Source: Candidatus Levybacteria bacterium CG2_30_37_29
Lineage (GTDB): Bacteria; Patescibacteriota; Microgenomatia; Levybacterales; GWA1-39-11
Length of the DNA stretch: 64,000 nucleotides
Assembly: GCA_001873215.1 (NCBI GenBank)
Contig: MNYS01000003.1
Coordinates: forward strand, 49,455-113,454
Direction: 5' to 3'
Positions 19,307 through 28,250 of this stretch are shown piece by piece. Every line of letters begins with the position of its first letter. Position 1 is the first letter of the stretch. The notes beneath the pieces were generated by a model. It ran no database searches. It was not told the DNA's origin and was given only the letters and a program-made list of their open reading frames with translations. The position numbers were made by a program, and so were the translations under genes.

Positions 19307-20551
19307 ATGGATGATTCTGCCCGGAATGATAGTCCGGCTATCAACAATCAACAAACAACAGGTAACACGGATTCGATTTCTTCGGAAGAGCAAAAGACTC
19401 AAGACAATACGTTTGCCGCTCTAAAAACAAGCAATGCATACAATGAGAGCCAAAAAACTTCAAGTTTTGCAGATGACTCAGGTAATTTAAAACCCACTAC
19501 TTCCCAAATTCAAAAACTTGACGAGAAAATAAAAGCGTCAACTCTGCCCAAAGAATTGCAAGATAAAGTTGTTGCAATGGTTGATAGACTACGTTTGATA
19601 GGAAATGATTCCTCATTTTTTATCGAGCTTGATTCCACGTCCCGATATATAGATTGGGTAACTTCCCTTCCGTGGAACAATTCCTCAAAAGATATTTTGG
19701 ATTTGGCTCACGCACAGCAAGTTTTGGATAAAAACCATTACGGACTCACAGATGTAAAAGAAAAAATTTTGGAATATTTATCAATTATGCTATTAAAACA
19801 AACCAGAGGTCAGACTGGCGCGGATAGTTTTGCCCGGGCGCCGATTATTTCACTTGTCGGACTTGCAGGAGTCGGTAAAACAACGGTCGCTTTTTCAATT
19901 GCAGAAAGCTTGGGGCGCAAAATTGAGAGAATTCCTTTTGGAGGAATGGGTTCTGCAAGTCAACTTCGTGGTAAGACACGACTTTTTCCTGATGCAGAAC
20001 CCGGCCTTGTTATAAAAGCCCTCAAGAGAGCGGGTACAAATAATCCTGTTATTTTGCTTGATGAGATTGACCGCGTATCAGAGGAAGCAAGAAGTGATAT
20101 AATGGGTGTACTTGTAGAATTATTGGATCCTACACAAAACAAGGCTTTTACCGACCACTTTATTGATTTTCCGGTTGACCTTTCAAATGTGCTTTTTATC
20201 GCAACTTCAAACAATACAAAAGATATTTCAACAGCCGTAATTGACAGGCTTGAAGTTATCCAAATGCCGTCATATACGGATGAAGAAAAAACAGTAATCG
20301 GGAAAAGTTTTGTATTATCCGAAGTTTTGAAAGAAAGCGGAATGACACCTGAGGATTTGGTTATAAACGATGATGTTTGGGAAGAAAGCTTGATCCGTCC
20401 GCTTGGATACGATCCGGGAATCAGATCTTTGCAGCGGATAATTCAAGGAATTATCAGAAAAGTTGCGTATTTGCAGCTTTTAGGAAAATTACCGAAAGGA
20501 AAATTTGTTGTGACAAGGGACAACGTAAAACAATTTGTGTCACAATGGTAA
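19307..20551 (+). CDS. Lon-like AAA+ ATPase module that lacks both the LON N-terminal domain and the C-terminal serine protease domain
   Basis: Strong Lon AAA+ similarity: DHYGL..VKEKILEYLS, Walker A GLAGVGKTT, Walker B ILLDEIDR, LLDPTQNKAFTDHFIDFPVDLSNVLFIATSN, IDRLEVIQMPSYTDEEK. It ends at the AAA+/protease domain boundary. The N-terminus is a low-complexity stretch of about 130 aa. Confidence 0.75.
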   Translation: MDDSARNDSPAINNQQTTGNTDSISSEEQKTQDNTFAALKTSNAYNESQKTSSFADDSGNLKPTTSQIQKLDEKIKASTLPKELQDKVVAMVDRLRLIGNDSSFFIELDSTSRYIDWVTSLPWNNSSKDILDLAHAQQVLDKNHYGLTDVKEKILEYLSIMLLKQTRGQTGADSFARAPIISLVGLAGVGKTTVAFSIAESLGRKIERIPFGGMGSASQLRGKTRLFPDAEPGLVIKALKRAGTNNPVILLDEIDRVSEEARSDIMGVLVELLDPTQNKAFTDHFIDFPVDLSNVLFIATSNNTKDISTAVIDRLEVIQMPSYTDEEKTVIGKSFVLSEVLKESGMTPEDLVINDDVWEESLIRPLGYDPGIRSLQRIIQGIIRKVAYLQLLGKLPKGKFVVTRDNVKQFVSQW

Positions 20552-20596
20552 GACAGTGATTAGAGATTAGTGAATAGGGAATAGTTAATAAATATT

Positions 20597-22282
20597 ATGG
20601 AAAATAGTTTGTCTTTTATTTCGCTTGGCGGTGTCGGGGATGTAACAAAAAATTTATATCTCTATGAAATCGGTGGAGAAATTCTTGTTGTGGATTGCGG
20701 AATAGGGTTTGCCGAGGAAACAATGCCGGGAGTGGATCTTATGATTCCGGACATTTCGTATTTGAAAAATATACTCCGTCTGGGTCCACAAAATTCACAA
20801 CAGACCGGAAAAGCAAAAAAAATTGTCGGTATGTTTTTGACGCATGGACACGAAGATCACATTGGCGCTCTCCCTTTTATTTTACCCAATCTTCCAAATT
20901 TTCCAATATATGCTTCAAATCTAACTGCAGCCTTGGCAAACGAAAAATTAAAAGACTTCGGTCTTCCCCATAGAGTTACAACCGCGTCATTTGACCAGAC
21001 TATAACACTTGGCGCATTCCGCGTTTCGCTTGCGCGCGTGACGCATTCTATTATTGATGCGGCAAATTTATTTATACGTACACCAGTTGGAAATTTTTAC
21101 CATGCAAGCGATTTTAAATTTGATTTTACGCCGGTTGACGGTAAGCCTTCAGAAATTCGAAAAATTGCAAAATTTGGAGAAGAAGGTGTTTTGTGTCTTA
21201 TGTCTGACTCTCTGGGCGCTGAAAGACCAGGGCATTCCAAATCAGAGCTTTCAATAACAGAAAGTTTTGATGATGAATTTCGGAAAGCAAAAGGAAAAGT
21301 ATTCGTTTCTACATACTCGTCAAATATTTCCAGAATGAATCAGGCAATAGAAGTTGCCCTCAAATATAATCGTAAAGTTTGTTTTATCGGTAGGTCATTT
21401 TTGAAGGCGAGGGATGTTGGAAAACAATTAGGGTACATGAGTCTTCCGACAAAAATGGATATAAAACCTCAAGACGCAAAACGTCTTCCGCCAAACCAAG
21501 TTATGATTCTTGTTGCGGGGAGTCAAGCCCAGGTAGAATCGGCGTTGGTACGAATCGCAAGCGACAACGACAAAGATTTGCGTATAACACGCGGAGATAC
21601 GATTATTTTTTCAGCAGACCCAATTCCGGGCAATGAAGTCAATATTAATTCACTTATTGATACTCTTTCAAAAAAAGAGGCAAGAGTTGTGTATTCGGAT
21701 ATTTCTGATCACTTTCATGTTTCAGGACACGGTTCTCAAAACGATTTAAAGCTTATGATTTCCCTGACAAATCCCAAATTTGTTTTGCCGATTGGCGGAA
21801 CATACAGGCAAATGGTTGCGTACAGGGAGATTGCCCGCGACATGGGATATAGAGACGATAAAATTATTCTTTTGGACCAGAAAAAAGAAATTATTTTTTC
21901 AGAAGGAGGATTTCGCTTTGGAAAAATTATAGATGCATCAAAAATATACGTTGATCAGATAACGGGTGAGAAAATTGAAAGTTTTGTGGTTATGGACCGC
22001 AAAAAAATTGCCGAAGAAGGGATTGTTGTTGTAATTGTTGAGGTGAATTCTCAAGGGCAGCTTGTAAGCCGACCGGATATTATTACAAAAGGAATTATTT
22101 ACCAGAAAAAAGAGCAGTTAGCAGTATCAATTGAGCAGGAACTTAAGAAAATGTTTGGAAGAAGCACTGATAATAATGTAAATCTTGCATATGTAAGAAA
22201 AACAATACAGCAGACAACGGAGGGAATTTTTTACCGGGAAAAACGCGAACCCCTCGTCATCCCCGTAGTTTTGGAAATCTAA
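20597..22282 (+). CDS. rnj: Ribonuclease J (metallo-beta-lactamase, beta-CASP, C-terminal domain)
   Basis: FISLGGVGDVTKNLYLYEI, HGHEDHIGALPF, beta-CASP region, HVSGHGSQNDL. Confidence 0.9.
   Translation: MENSLSFISLGGVGDVTKNLYLYEIGGEILVVDCGIGFAEETMPGVDLMIPDISYLKNILRLGPQNSQQTGKAKKIVGMFLTHGHEDHIGALPFILPNLPNFPIYASNLTAALANEKLKDFGLPHRVTTASFDQTITLGAFRVSLARVTHSIIDAANLFIRTPVGNFYHASDFKFDFTPVDGKPSEIRKIAKFGEEGVLCLMSDSLGAERPGHSKSELSITESFDDEFRKAKGKVFVSTYSSNISRMNQAIEVALKYNRKVCFIGRSFLKARDVGKQLGYMSLPTKMDIKPQDAKRLPPNQVMILVAGSQAQVESALVRIASDNDKDLRITRGDTIIFSADPIPGNEVNINSLIDTLSKKEARVVYSDISDHFHVSGHGSQNDLKLMISLTNPKFVLPIGGTYRQMVAYREIARDMGYRDDKIILLDQKKEIIFSEGGFRFGKIIDASKIYVDQITGEKIESFVVMDRKKIAEEGIVVVIVEVNSQGQLVSRPDIITKGIIYQKKEQLAVSIEQELKKMFGRSTDNNVNLAYVRKTIQQTTEGIFYREKREPLVIPVVLEI
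22222..22269 (+). repeat. Direct repeat DR-L (48 bp perfect, about 60 bp imperfect), the native 3' end of rnj
   Basis: GGGAATTTTTTACCGGGAAAAACGCGAACCCCTCGTCATCCCCGTAGT is identical at 23134-23181. Confidence 0.85.
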
Positions 22283-22304
22283 CTATAGTGTTCCACTTAT
22301 CCTC

Positions 22305-22333
22305 TTGACAAGAGGAGTCAGAAAGTTTATAAT
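22305..22333 (+). promoter_or_regulatory. Consensus sigma70 promoter (TTGACA, 17 nt, TATAAT) for the toxin-antitoxin cassette
   Basis: TTGACA at 22305-22310, 17-nt spacer, TATAAT at 22328-22333, about 70 nt upstream of the antitoxin start. Confidence 0.55.
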
Positions 22334-22401
22334 TCAATAAGTTAGAAATATAACATTTTCCCTAAGTAAAATGTTTTCTGAACGAATAAACTATTAAACT
22401 T

Positions 22402-22677
22402 ATGAGTCAAAATACTACACCTATCAATCAGGAAGAATGGTTAAAAATCCTCGGGAAGGGTATGGTTACGCTTCCTAAAAAATGGAGAGATGAGTTAGGA
22501 ATTGCGAATGGAGATATTGTTAAGGCAAAAAAAGAAGGAAATAAAGTAGTTATTGAAGCACAAAGAAATAGAGAAGTGCCTTATAGAATTTATACTGATG
22601 CTGAAATCAAAGTGTTTCTTGCAGAAGATAAGATACCAAAAAGTCTCGTCAAAAAACTAAGAAAGAAATTTTCTTAA
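22402..22677 (+). CDS. AbrB/SpoVT/MazE-type antitoxin
   Basis: GKGMVTLPKKWRDELGIANGDIVKAKKEGNKVVIE fits the SpoVT-AbrB swapped-hairpin domain. Immediately upstream of a PIN-domain gene. Confidence 0.55.
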   Translation: MSQNTTPINQEEWLKILGKGMVTLPKKWRDELGIANGDIVKAKKEGNKVVIEAQRNREVPYRIYTDAEIKVFLAEDKIPKSLVKKLRKKFS

Positions 22678-22684
22678 AATCCCC

Positions 22685-23113
22685 ATGAGAGTTTATTTTG
22701 ATGCTTCGGTTATCATTGCAGGATTTTTATCATCCATTGGTGGATCTGCTCAGTTGTTTTGGTTACTACAGAAAAAAGTGCTAAAAGGTATCACGTCTCA
22801 AACGGTAATTGATGAGGTTTTAGAAGAAGATAAGCCAACCAAACTAAAAAGAACTAAAGAAGAGATAGAAAACTTTATAGTACGAAGCGAGATACTCGTA
22901 AGAGAGGCTATTCCCTTAGAAGAGATTAGAAAGTATGAAGAATTAGTTGATCCAGAAGACTCTCATCTTATTGCAGGAGCAAATCTTACTCATTGTGAAT
23001 ATTTAGTAACGCTAGACAAAAAGCATCTTCTTAGAGATGATATACAAAAGAAATTTTTACCACTCAAAATAGTCTCTCCAAAAGAATTACTTTCGAAAAT
23101 CGTGCGTAATTAA
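22685..23113 (+). CDS. PIN-domain (VapC-like) toxin
   Basis: N-terminal VYFDASVIIA with the conserved Asp. DSHLIAGANLTHCEYLVTLDKKHL with later acidic residues. About 140 aa, located after the antitoxin. Confidence 0.65.
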   Translation: MRVYFDASVIIAGFLSSIGGSAQLFWLLQKKVLKGITSQTVIDEVLEEDKPTKLKRTKEEIENFIVRSEILVREAIPLEEIRKYEELVDPEDSHLIAGANLTHCEYLVTLDKKHLLRDDIQKKFLPLKIVSPKELLSKIVRN

Positions 23114-23133
23114 GGTGGCACCTCAATTAGTCA

Positions 23134-23181
23134 GGGAATTTTTTACCGGGAAAAACGCGAACCCCTCGTCATCCCCGTAGT
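23134..23181 (+). repeat. Direct repeat DR-R, a duplicated copy of the rnj 3' end following the PIN gene
   Basis: Identical 48-mer. In frame after the PIN stop codon it still encodes GIFYREKREPLVIPVVLGI-stop, a remnant of the rnj C-terminus. Confidence 0.85.
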
Positions 23182-23316
23182 CCTAGGAATCTAAACCCTT
23201 TCACTGGTAAAAAGGGGAGCGTTAATCCTTTTAAAATAAGCCCCAAAAGGTATAGGTAATAAATTTAAGTTCAATCCTTCGCTTTAAAGATATATCTAAA
23301 CTTTAAGAATTAATGT

Positions 23317-23559
23317 TTGATTTTGGATTGCTTCTTTTGGCGGAAGAGCCTCGAGGCTATATGTTATAATATATCTATGACTATAAATAAAGCATTTAAG
23401 CAACATGAAAATGAATGGGTCTTGACAGACAGAAAATATTCAAAAGTAATTCTCTCAAATAAAGACCTTGGAAAACTTCAGAAAGAGGTTAAGAAAAAGA
23501 AAGTTAAAGATGCAGTCGTTATGTTTATTCCTCCTTTTGACGCATTTATTACCTCTTAG
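23317..23559 (+). CDS. Small hypothetical protein, upstream partner of a retropepsin-like gene (module copy 1)
   Basis: Core WVLTDRKYSKVILSNKDLGKLQKEVKKKKV...FIPPFD is homologous to 45418-45612 (WVGISTDHKKVLVHGETLKEAKLKAEEKKL...FFPAGE). The internal Met at 23377 is a possible true start. Confidence 0.4.
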   Translation: MILDCFFWRKSLEAICYNISMTINKAFKQHENEWVLTDRKYSKVILSNKDLGKLQKEVKKKKVKDAVVMFIPPFDAFITS

Positions 23560-23564
23560 TTTTT

Positions 23565-23984
23565 ATGGCGAAATTTGACTTCGAACCAGACTTGCATTTA
23601 AATCCTGAAACAAATAACTGGGAATATGCTTATCGTCCTTACTTATTCGTAAAGCTTGGATACAGACACCGTCTTAGTGAGAATTCGATAAGAGCACTTA
23701 TAGATTCCGGTTCTGATCATAATATTTTTCCTGCAGAACTTGCTTCTGAAATTGGCCTTGATTATAAAAAAGGGGTTAAACGCAAAACGACTGCAGTAAA
23801 TGAATACGCATTTATTGTATATGGGAACAGGGTAAAAATGGAGTATGAGGGGAAAGTTGTCGAAACGGTTATTTACTTTGGAGAAAATGTCAAAATTCCT
23901 GTTCTTGGAAGAAATGGATTTTTTAATTACTTTAAAAAGGTTAATTTTGACGTAAAAAATAAGAACTTCGAATTGATAGAATAA
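23565..23984 (+). CDS. Retropepsin-like (clan AA) aspartic peptidase, module copy 1
   Basis: ALIDSGSDHNIFPAELASEIGLDY matches the retropepsin active-site motif hhDS/TGA followed by ...LGl. C-terminal PVLGRNGFFNYFKKVNFD is typical of the Asp_protease_2 type. Confidence 0.55.
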   Translation: MAKFDFEPDLHLNPETNNWEYAYRPYLFVKLGYRHRLSENSIRALIDSGSDHNIFPAELASEIGLDYKKGVKRKTTAVNEYAFIVYGNRVKMEYEGKVVETVIYFGENVKIPVLGRNGFFNYFKKVNFDVKNKNFELIE

Positions 23985-24112
23985 TTTTCTTGTCTCTTTA
24001 TAAGAATTCACTTACCTAGATAATATCCTATAATATTTGACACGGTGGGGATTTTGTGGTACATTTATTATGTTTGATATTAATAGGCCAAACTTAGTAT
24101 ACTGTTTAATAT

Positions 24113-26221
24113 ATGGCAAGAAAGAGACGATATCACAAAAGACGCGGTTTTAAACTCAAGTTAAAAAACGATACGATTTATACGATTTTTGCGATAGGTC
24201 TTATTGTTGGCGGAATTGCTCTTCTTGCCTCCTACACTCAAAGCGGGCCCCTTTTAACGCGCGCTAATACTTATCTGACAGGATATTTTGGTCCTGTTGC
24301 ATTTGTTGTGCCGGTAAATTTAATTCTTCTAGGCCTTCTTCTTACAAGACTTAGACTTGCTATAACCAAAATGAATGTTGTTATGGGATTTTTGGTTTTT
24401 AGCGTTTCACTTTTGGGTGCTTTAAGAAGCGGCGTTATCGGAGCAAAACTTTTTTCATCAGCAGATGGTCTTATGGGTACAGTGGTCTCGTTAATAATGT
24501 ATATTGCCGGAGTATTGGTAGGTATTATTGTACTTATGAATATTTCGGTTGGAACACTTTTTAAAAGCAGTAAGACTGTGACAAAAGGAATAGGAGTATT
24601 TTTCAAAAAAATAATTGTGCCTCTTTTTAAAACAAAGAAAAAATTTGCCGTATCTGAGATGAAGCAAATTACAATAAAAGGATTTGATGATAAATCAAAA
24701 GAGCAGGTTGTCCCACAAAAGCCGGTTGAGAAAAAAGACGGCATGCCGGATAAAATCGTTTTGAATAAACCGCTTGAGATAGGTGTTTGGGAATATCCTC
24801 CTCTTTCGCTTCTTTCGCTTCATGCGCAAAAAAGTGATAATAAGGGGGATGTAAAAAAAACTGCGGACTTAATTGAGAAAACTTTGCAAAGTTTTGGAAT
24901 TCAAGCCAGAGTTTCTGAAATTAATGTCGGCCCGTCAGTTACGCAATATGCAATTGAAATTGCACGCGGAACAAAGCTTTCAAAAATAACAGGTCTTTCA
25001 AACGATTTGGCTCTTGCAACAGAAGCGCCAACCGGCCAAATACGTATAGAAGCGCCAATTCCGGGAAGAAATTTAGTAGGTATAGAAATCCCCAACCGTT
25101 CACTCGATATTGTTTCTATGAAAACAATGCTTGAGTCCCCTCAAATGCAAAAAGCAAAATCAAAGCTTGTTGTTCCTCTGGGACTTGATGTTTCGGGAAA
25201 TGCAATAATAACGGATATTACAAAAATGCCCCATGTATTAATTGCCGGAACCACAGGGTCCGGAAAATCAGTTATAATAAATTCTTTCATCTCCTCAATT
25301 TTGTTCCGCGCGTCCCCAAGCGAGGTAAAAATGATTTTGATTGATCCAAAAAGGGTTGAATTAACAGGATATGCTGATATTCCTCATCTTATGACTCCTG
25401 TTGTTACAGAAACAGCACAAGCTGTTTCGGCGCTAAAATGGGCGATGAAAGAAATGGATAGAAGATATGTGAAATTTGCTGACAGCGGGGTTAGGAATAT
25501 CGACGCATTCAATGAGCTTTCAGGATTTCAAGCGCTTCCATACATAGTAATATTTATAGATGAGCTTGCAGATCTTATGTCTCTTGCTTCAGTTGAGGTA
25601 GAAGACTCGATTACAAGACTTGCGCAAATGGCCCGCGCTACAGGAATTCATCTTGTTCTTGCAACGCAACGTCCGTCTGTTGATGTTTTGACAGGGCTTA
25701 TAAAAGCAAATATTCCGGCCCGTATTTCATTTAACGTTTCATCAATGATTGACTCAAAAGTTATTATTGATATGCCTGGAGCAGAAAAGCTTTTAGGACG
25801 CGGAGATATGCTGTATATTCCGCCGGAGCAAGCAAAGCCTACTAGAATACAAGGTACATTTATTTCAGATCAGGATGTAAAAAGGCTTGTAAATTTCATA
25901 AAGTCCCGTGGAATTCCTGTGAATTATACAACTGAAGTTTTAGAGCAAAAAGTCAACATTAAGCGGGGCGGTGGTATTTCATCTGATGAAGGAGACGGCG
26001 GCCGTGACGAGTTATTTGATGAAGCGATTAGGCTTGTCTGTCAGTATGATAGAGCCTCCTCGTCTTTTTTACAAAGAAGATTTAAAGTTGGATTTAATAG
26101 GGCGGCACGGATTTTGGAACAACTGGAAGATGCGGGAGTTGTTGGGCCCGGAGACGGATCCAAACCTCGCGAAGTACTCATAAAATCTCCAGAGAGTATA
26201 TTGGGCAATGATAATTCATAG
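24113..26221 (+). CDS. ftsK: DNA translocase FtsK/SpoIIIE
   Basis: N-terminal TM helices, Walker A GTTGSGKS, LVLATQRPSVDV, gamma winged-helix FLQRRFKVGFNRAARILEQLE. Confidence 0.9.
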   Translation: MARKRRYHKRRGFKLKLKNDTIYTIFAIGLIVGGIALLASYTQSGPLLTRANTYLTGYFGPVAFVVPVNLILLGLLLTRLRLAITKMNVVMGFLVFSVSLLGALRSGVIGAKLFSSADGLMGTVVSLIMYIAGVLVGIIVLMNISVGTLFKSSKTVTKGIGVFFKKIIVPLFKTKKKFAVSEMKQITIKGFDDKSKEQVVPQKPVEKKDGMPDKIVLNKPLEIGVWEYPPLSLLSLHAQKSDNKGDVKKTADLIEKTLQSFGIQARVSEINVGPSVTQYAIEIARGTKLSKITGLSNDLALATEAPTGQIRIEAPIPGRNLVGIEIPNRSLDIVSMKTMLESPQMQKAKSKLVVPLGLDVSGNAIITDITKMPHVLIAGTTGSGKSVIINSFISSILFRASPSEVKMILIDPKRVELTGYADIPHLMTPVVTETAQAVSALKWAMKEMDRRYVKFADSGVRNIDAFNELSGFQALPYIVIFIDELADLMSLASVEVEDSITRLAQMARATGIHLVLATQRPSVDVLTGLIKANIPARISFNVSSMIDSKVIIDMPGAEKLLGRGDMLYIPPEQAKPTRIQGTFISDQDVKRLVNFIKSRGIPVNYTTEVLEQKVNIKRGGGISSDEGDGGRDELFDEAIRLVCQYDRASSSFLQRRFKVGFNRAARILEQLEDAGVVGPGDGSKPREVLIKSPESILGNDNS

Positions 26222-26232
26222 CCGCGATTTCT

Positions 26233-26862
26233 ATGAAAAAAGTCAGTGATTTATTGCGTGAGAAGCGTTTGGAATTGGGATTTACACTTGAAGATGTTGA
26301 AAGAGCAACAAAAATAAAAATAGAGTTTTTGAAAGCTTTAGAGGAAGGGCATTTTCATATTCTTCCTTCAGAAAGTTACGCGCTTGGATTTGTTAAAAAT
26401 TACGCGAAATTTCTAGATCTTTCTCTTCACCGTGTGACAGCCCTTTTTAAAAGGGAATACAAAACTGAAAAAGTGCAAATAGTTCCTGAATTTAGGAAAA
26501 CCCAGCAAAAATTTAACAAACGTTTTTTTTCTTCACCAAAAACAATTTTGATAATTCTTACGTTCCTTGTTATTGGAACATATCTTGCGTTTCAATACGG
26601 GTCGTTTTTCTTTGGTCCAAAACTTGAAGTGATCTCACCTGTAGAAGGCTCAGTCGTTTCTGAAAACGTTATAAGAATATCAGGTAAAACAGATCCTTAT
26701 GCCAACCTTTTTGTTAATAATGATGAGGTGTCTCTCTCTATTTCAGGTGAATTTAAAAAGTCTTTGTATCTATTTTCAGGAGAGCAAAAAATAACTATTG
26801 TTGCAAAAAACAGATTCGGGAAAGAAACAAAAGTTGTTAGGACGGTTACTGTAAAAAATTAG
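26233..26862 (+). CDS. rodZ: RodZ-like cytoskeleton protein (XRE-type HTH, TM, C-terminal domain)
   Basis: HTH LGFTLEDVERATKIKIEFLKALE, central TM TILIILTFLVIGTYLAF, C-terminal beta-rich domain. Confidence 0.5.
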   Translation: MKKVSDLLREKRLELGFTLEDVERATKIKIEFLKALEEGHFHILPSESYALGFVKNYAKFLDLSLHRVTALFKREYKTEKVQIVPEFRKTQQKFNKRFFSSPKTILIILTFLVIGTYLAFQYGSFFFGPKLEVISPVEGSVVSENVIRISGKTDPYANLFVNNDEVSLSISGEFKKSLYLFSGEQKITIVAKNRFGKETKVVRTVTVKN

Positions 26863-26904
26863 CCTGTTTGATTGTTTTTGTTCTATTGATTTTAAAATTT
26901 TCAC

Positions 26905-27180
26905 ATGCTAATCTTAGATACCATGATTGATACTGTCCAAGTGGTACTGCTTTTTGTAATAGTTATACTTACCGCACTTCTTGTCGCAGTAGGAATACAA
27001 GTTTTTTTTGTCCTAAAAGATCTCCGTACAACTATCGGTCGCGCAAACAAAATTTTAGATAATGCGGAATCTATAACAGAAAGTGTTTCAGAGCCCATGT
27101 CTTTTATTTCAGGGCTTATTTTAAGCACAAAATCTTTAAATGTTCTCTCAAAACTTTTTCATGGAAAGAAGAGAGGATAG
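26905..27180 (+). CDS. DUF948-like small membrane protein
   Basis: N-terminal TM helix followed by a helical region. Adjacent to a YtxH-like gene, as in the Bacillus ytxG-ytxH pair. Confidence 0.4.
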   Translation: MLILDTMIDTVQVVLLFVIVILTALLVAVGIQVFFVLKDLRTTIGRANKILDNAESITESVSEPMSFISGLILSTKSLNVLSKLFHGKKRG

Positions 27181-27198
27181 ACATTTTTTAGACGGTCT

Positions 27199-27504
27199 AT
27201 GGATACCAATCACGGACGACATAATTCTAACGGATTTTTATTAGGGCTTTTACTTGGAGCCGGAATAGCACTTCTTATATCGACAAAAAAAGGAAGAAAT
27301 ATTATCAAAGAAATAACAGAAAACGGGATTGATGCTTTGGAGGATGTGGTTGCGCCGGGAGAGTTGAAAGATTTATTAAATGAAGATTTGGAAGAAGAAA
27401 TTTCCCCTATTGAAAACGATATGCCGGACGTAGCACAAGTAAAGTCTACGCATGCTCCCACAAGATCGCGCCGTTTCTTCAGCGGAATAAAAAAGAAAAA
27501 CTAA
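27199..27504 (+). CDS. YtxH-like small protein
   Basis: GFLLGLLLGAGIALLISTKKGRNIIKEI matches the YtxH motif (G.l.G...G.llAP.sG.e.R). Confidence 0.45.
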   Translation: MDTNHGRHNSNGFLLGLLLGAGIALLISTKKGRNIIKEITENGIDALEDVVAPGELKDLLNEDLEEEISPIENDMPDVAQVKSTHAPTRSRRFFSGIKKKN

Positions 27505-27527
27505 AACCTTCTATAATAAAGGAGTTT

Positions 27528-28175
27528 ATGGATAGCAAACAAAAGACGAAGAAAATTATTTCCGAATTAAAAAAATTATTTCCAAATCCCGTAACGCCCC
27601 TTAACCATTCAAACCCGTGGGAATTGTATGTCGCGGTGGCGCTTTCTGCCCAGCAAACAGATGTTGGGGTAAATAAAGTAACGGATATTCTATTTAAAAA
27701 ATACAAAAGTTTAAACGATTATCAAAAAGTTAGTTTGGATGAATTCGAACAGGATATCCGTTCGATCAATTTCTACAAAGGAAAAGCAAAAGCAATTAAA
27801 AAAGCCGCGGATATAGTTTCGGTCGAACATAACGGCAAGATGCCTGAAACTATGGACGAATTGATAAAGCTTCCTTTTGTTGGAAGAAAAACAGCTAATG
27901 TGATTTTACAAGAAGCATTCGGAAAGAGTGAGGGAATTGTAGTTGATACTCATGTAAAACGGTTTTCCAACTTGTTCGGTCTTACAAAAAATCAAGACCC
28001 CGTAAAAATAGAAAAAGACTTAATGGAAATAGTAGATAAAAAAGACTGGCGCGAATTCGGTTTAGGACTTATTTATTACGGTCGAACATATTGCAAGGCA
28101 AGTTGCAAGCATACTGATTGTCCACTGAAAGAATTTGTATCAAATCAGTTTTTAGACCTGAAAAAGAGTATCTAA
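27528..28175 (+). CDS. nth: Endonuclease III (HhH-GPD DNA glycosylase/lyase)
   Basis: HhH LPFVGRKTANVIL, catalytic Lys/Asp region VVDTHVKR, C-terminal Cys cluster CKASCKHTDC. Confidence 0.85.
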   Translation: MDSKQKTKKIISELKKLFPNPVTPLNHSNPWELYVAVALSAQQTDVGVNKVTDILFKKYKSLNDYQKVSLDEFEQDIRSINFYKGKAKAIKKAADIVSVEHNGKMPETMDELIKLPFVGRKTANVILQEAFGKSEGIVVDTHVKRFSNLFGLTKNQDPVKIEKDLMEIVDKKDWREFGLGLIYYGRTYCKASCKHTDCPLKEFVSNQFLDLKKSI

Positions 28176-28191
28176 GTATAAATATGCATCC

Positions 28192-28209
28192 GTCAACTAG
28201 TTGACGGTC
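28192..28209 (+). promoter_or_regulatory. Perfect 18-bp palindrome CCGTCAACTAGTTGACGG containing an ACTAGT core, a candidate autoregulatory operator
   Basis: Perfect dyad symmetry about 40 nt upstream of the YerC/TrpR-like start. ACTAGT is the core half-site pair of classical trp operators. Confidence 0.45.
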
Positions 28210-28250
28210 AAGTGGATATTTGGTAAGCTTTAAGTATCTGTATTATATGT

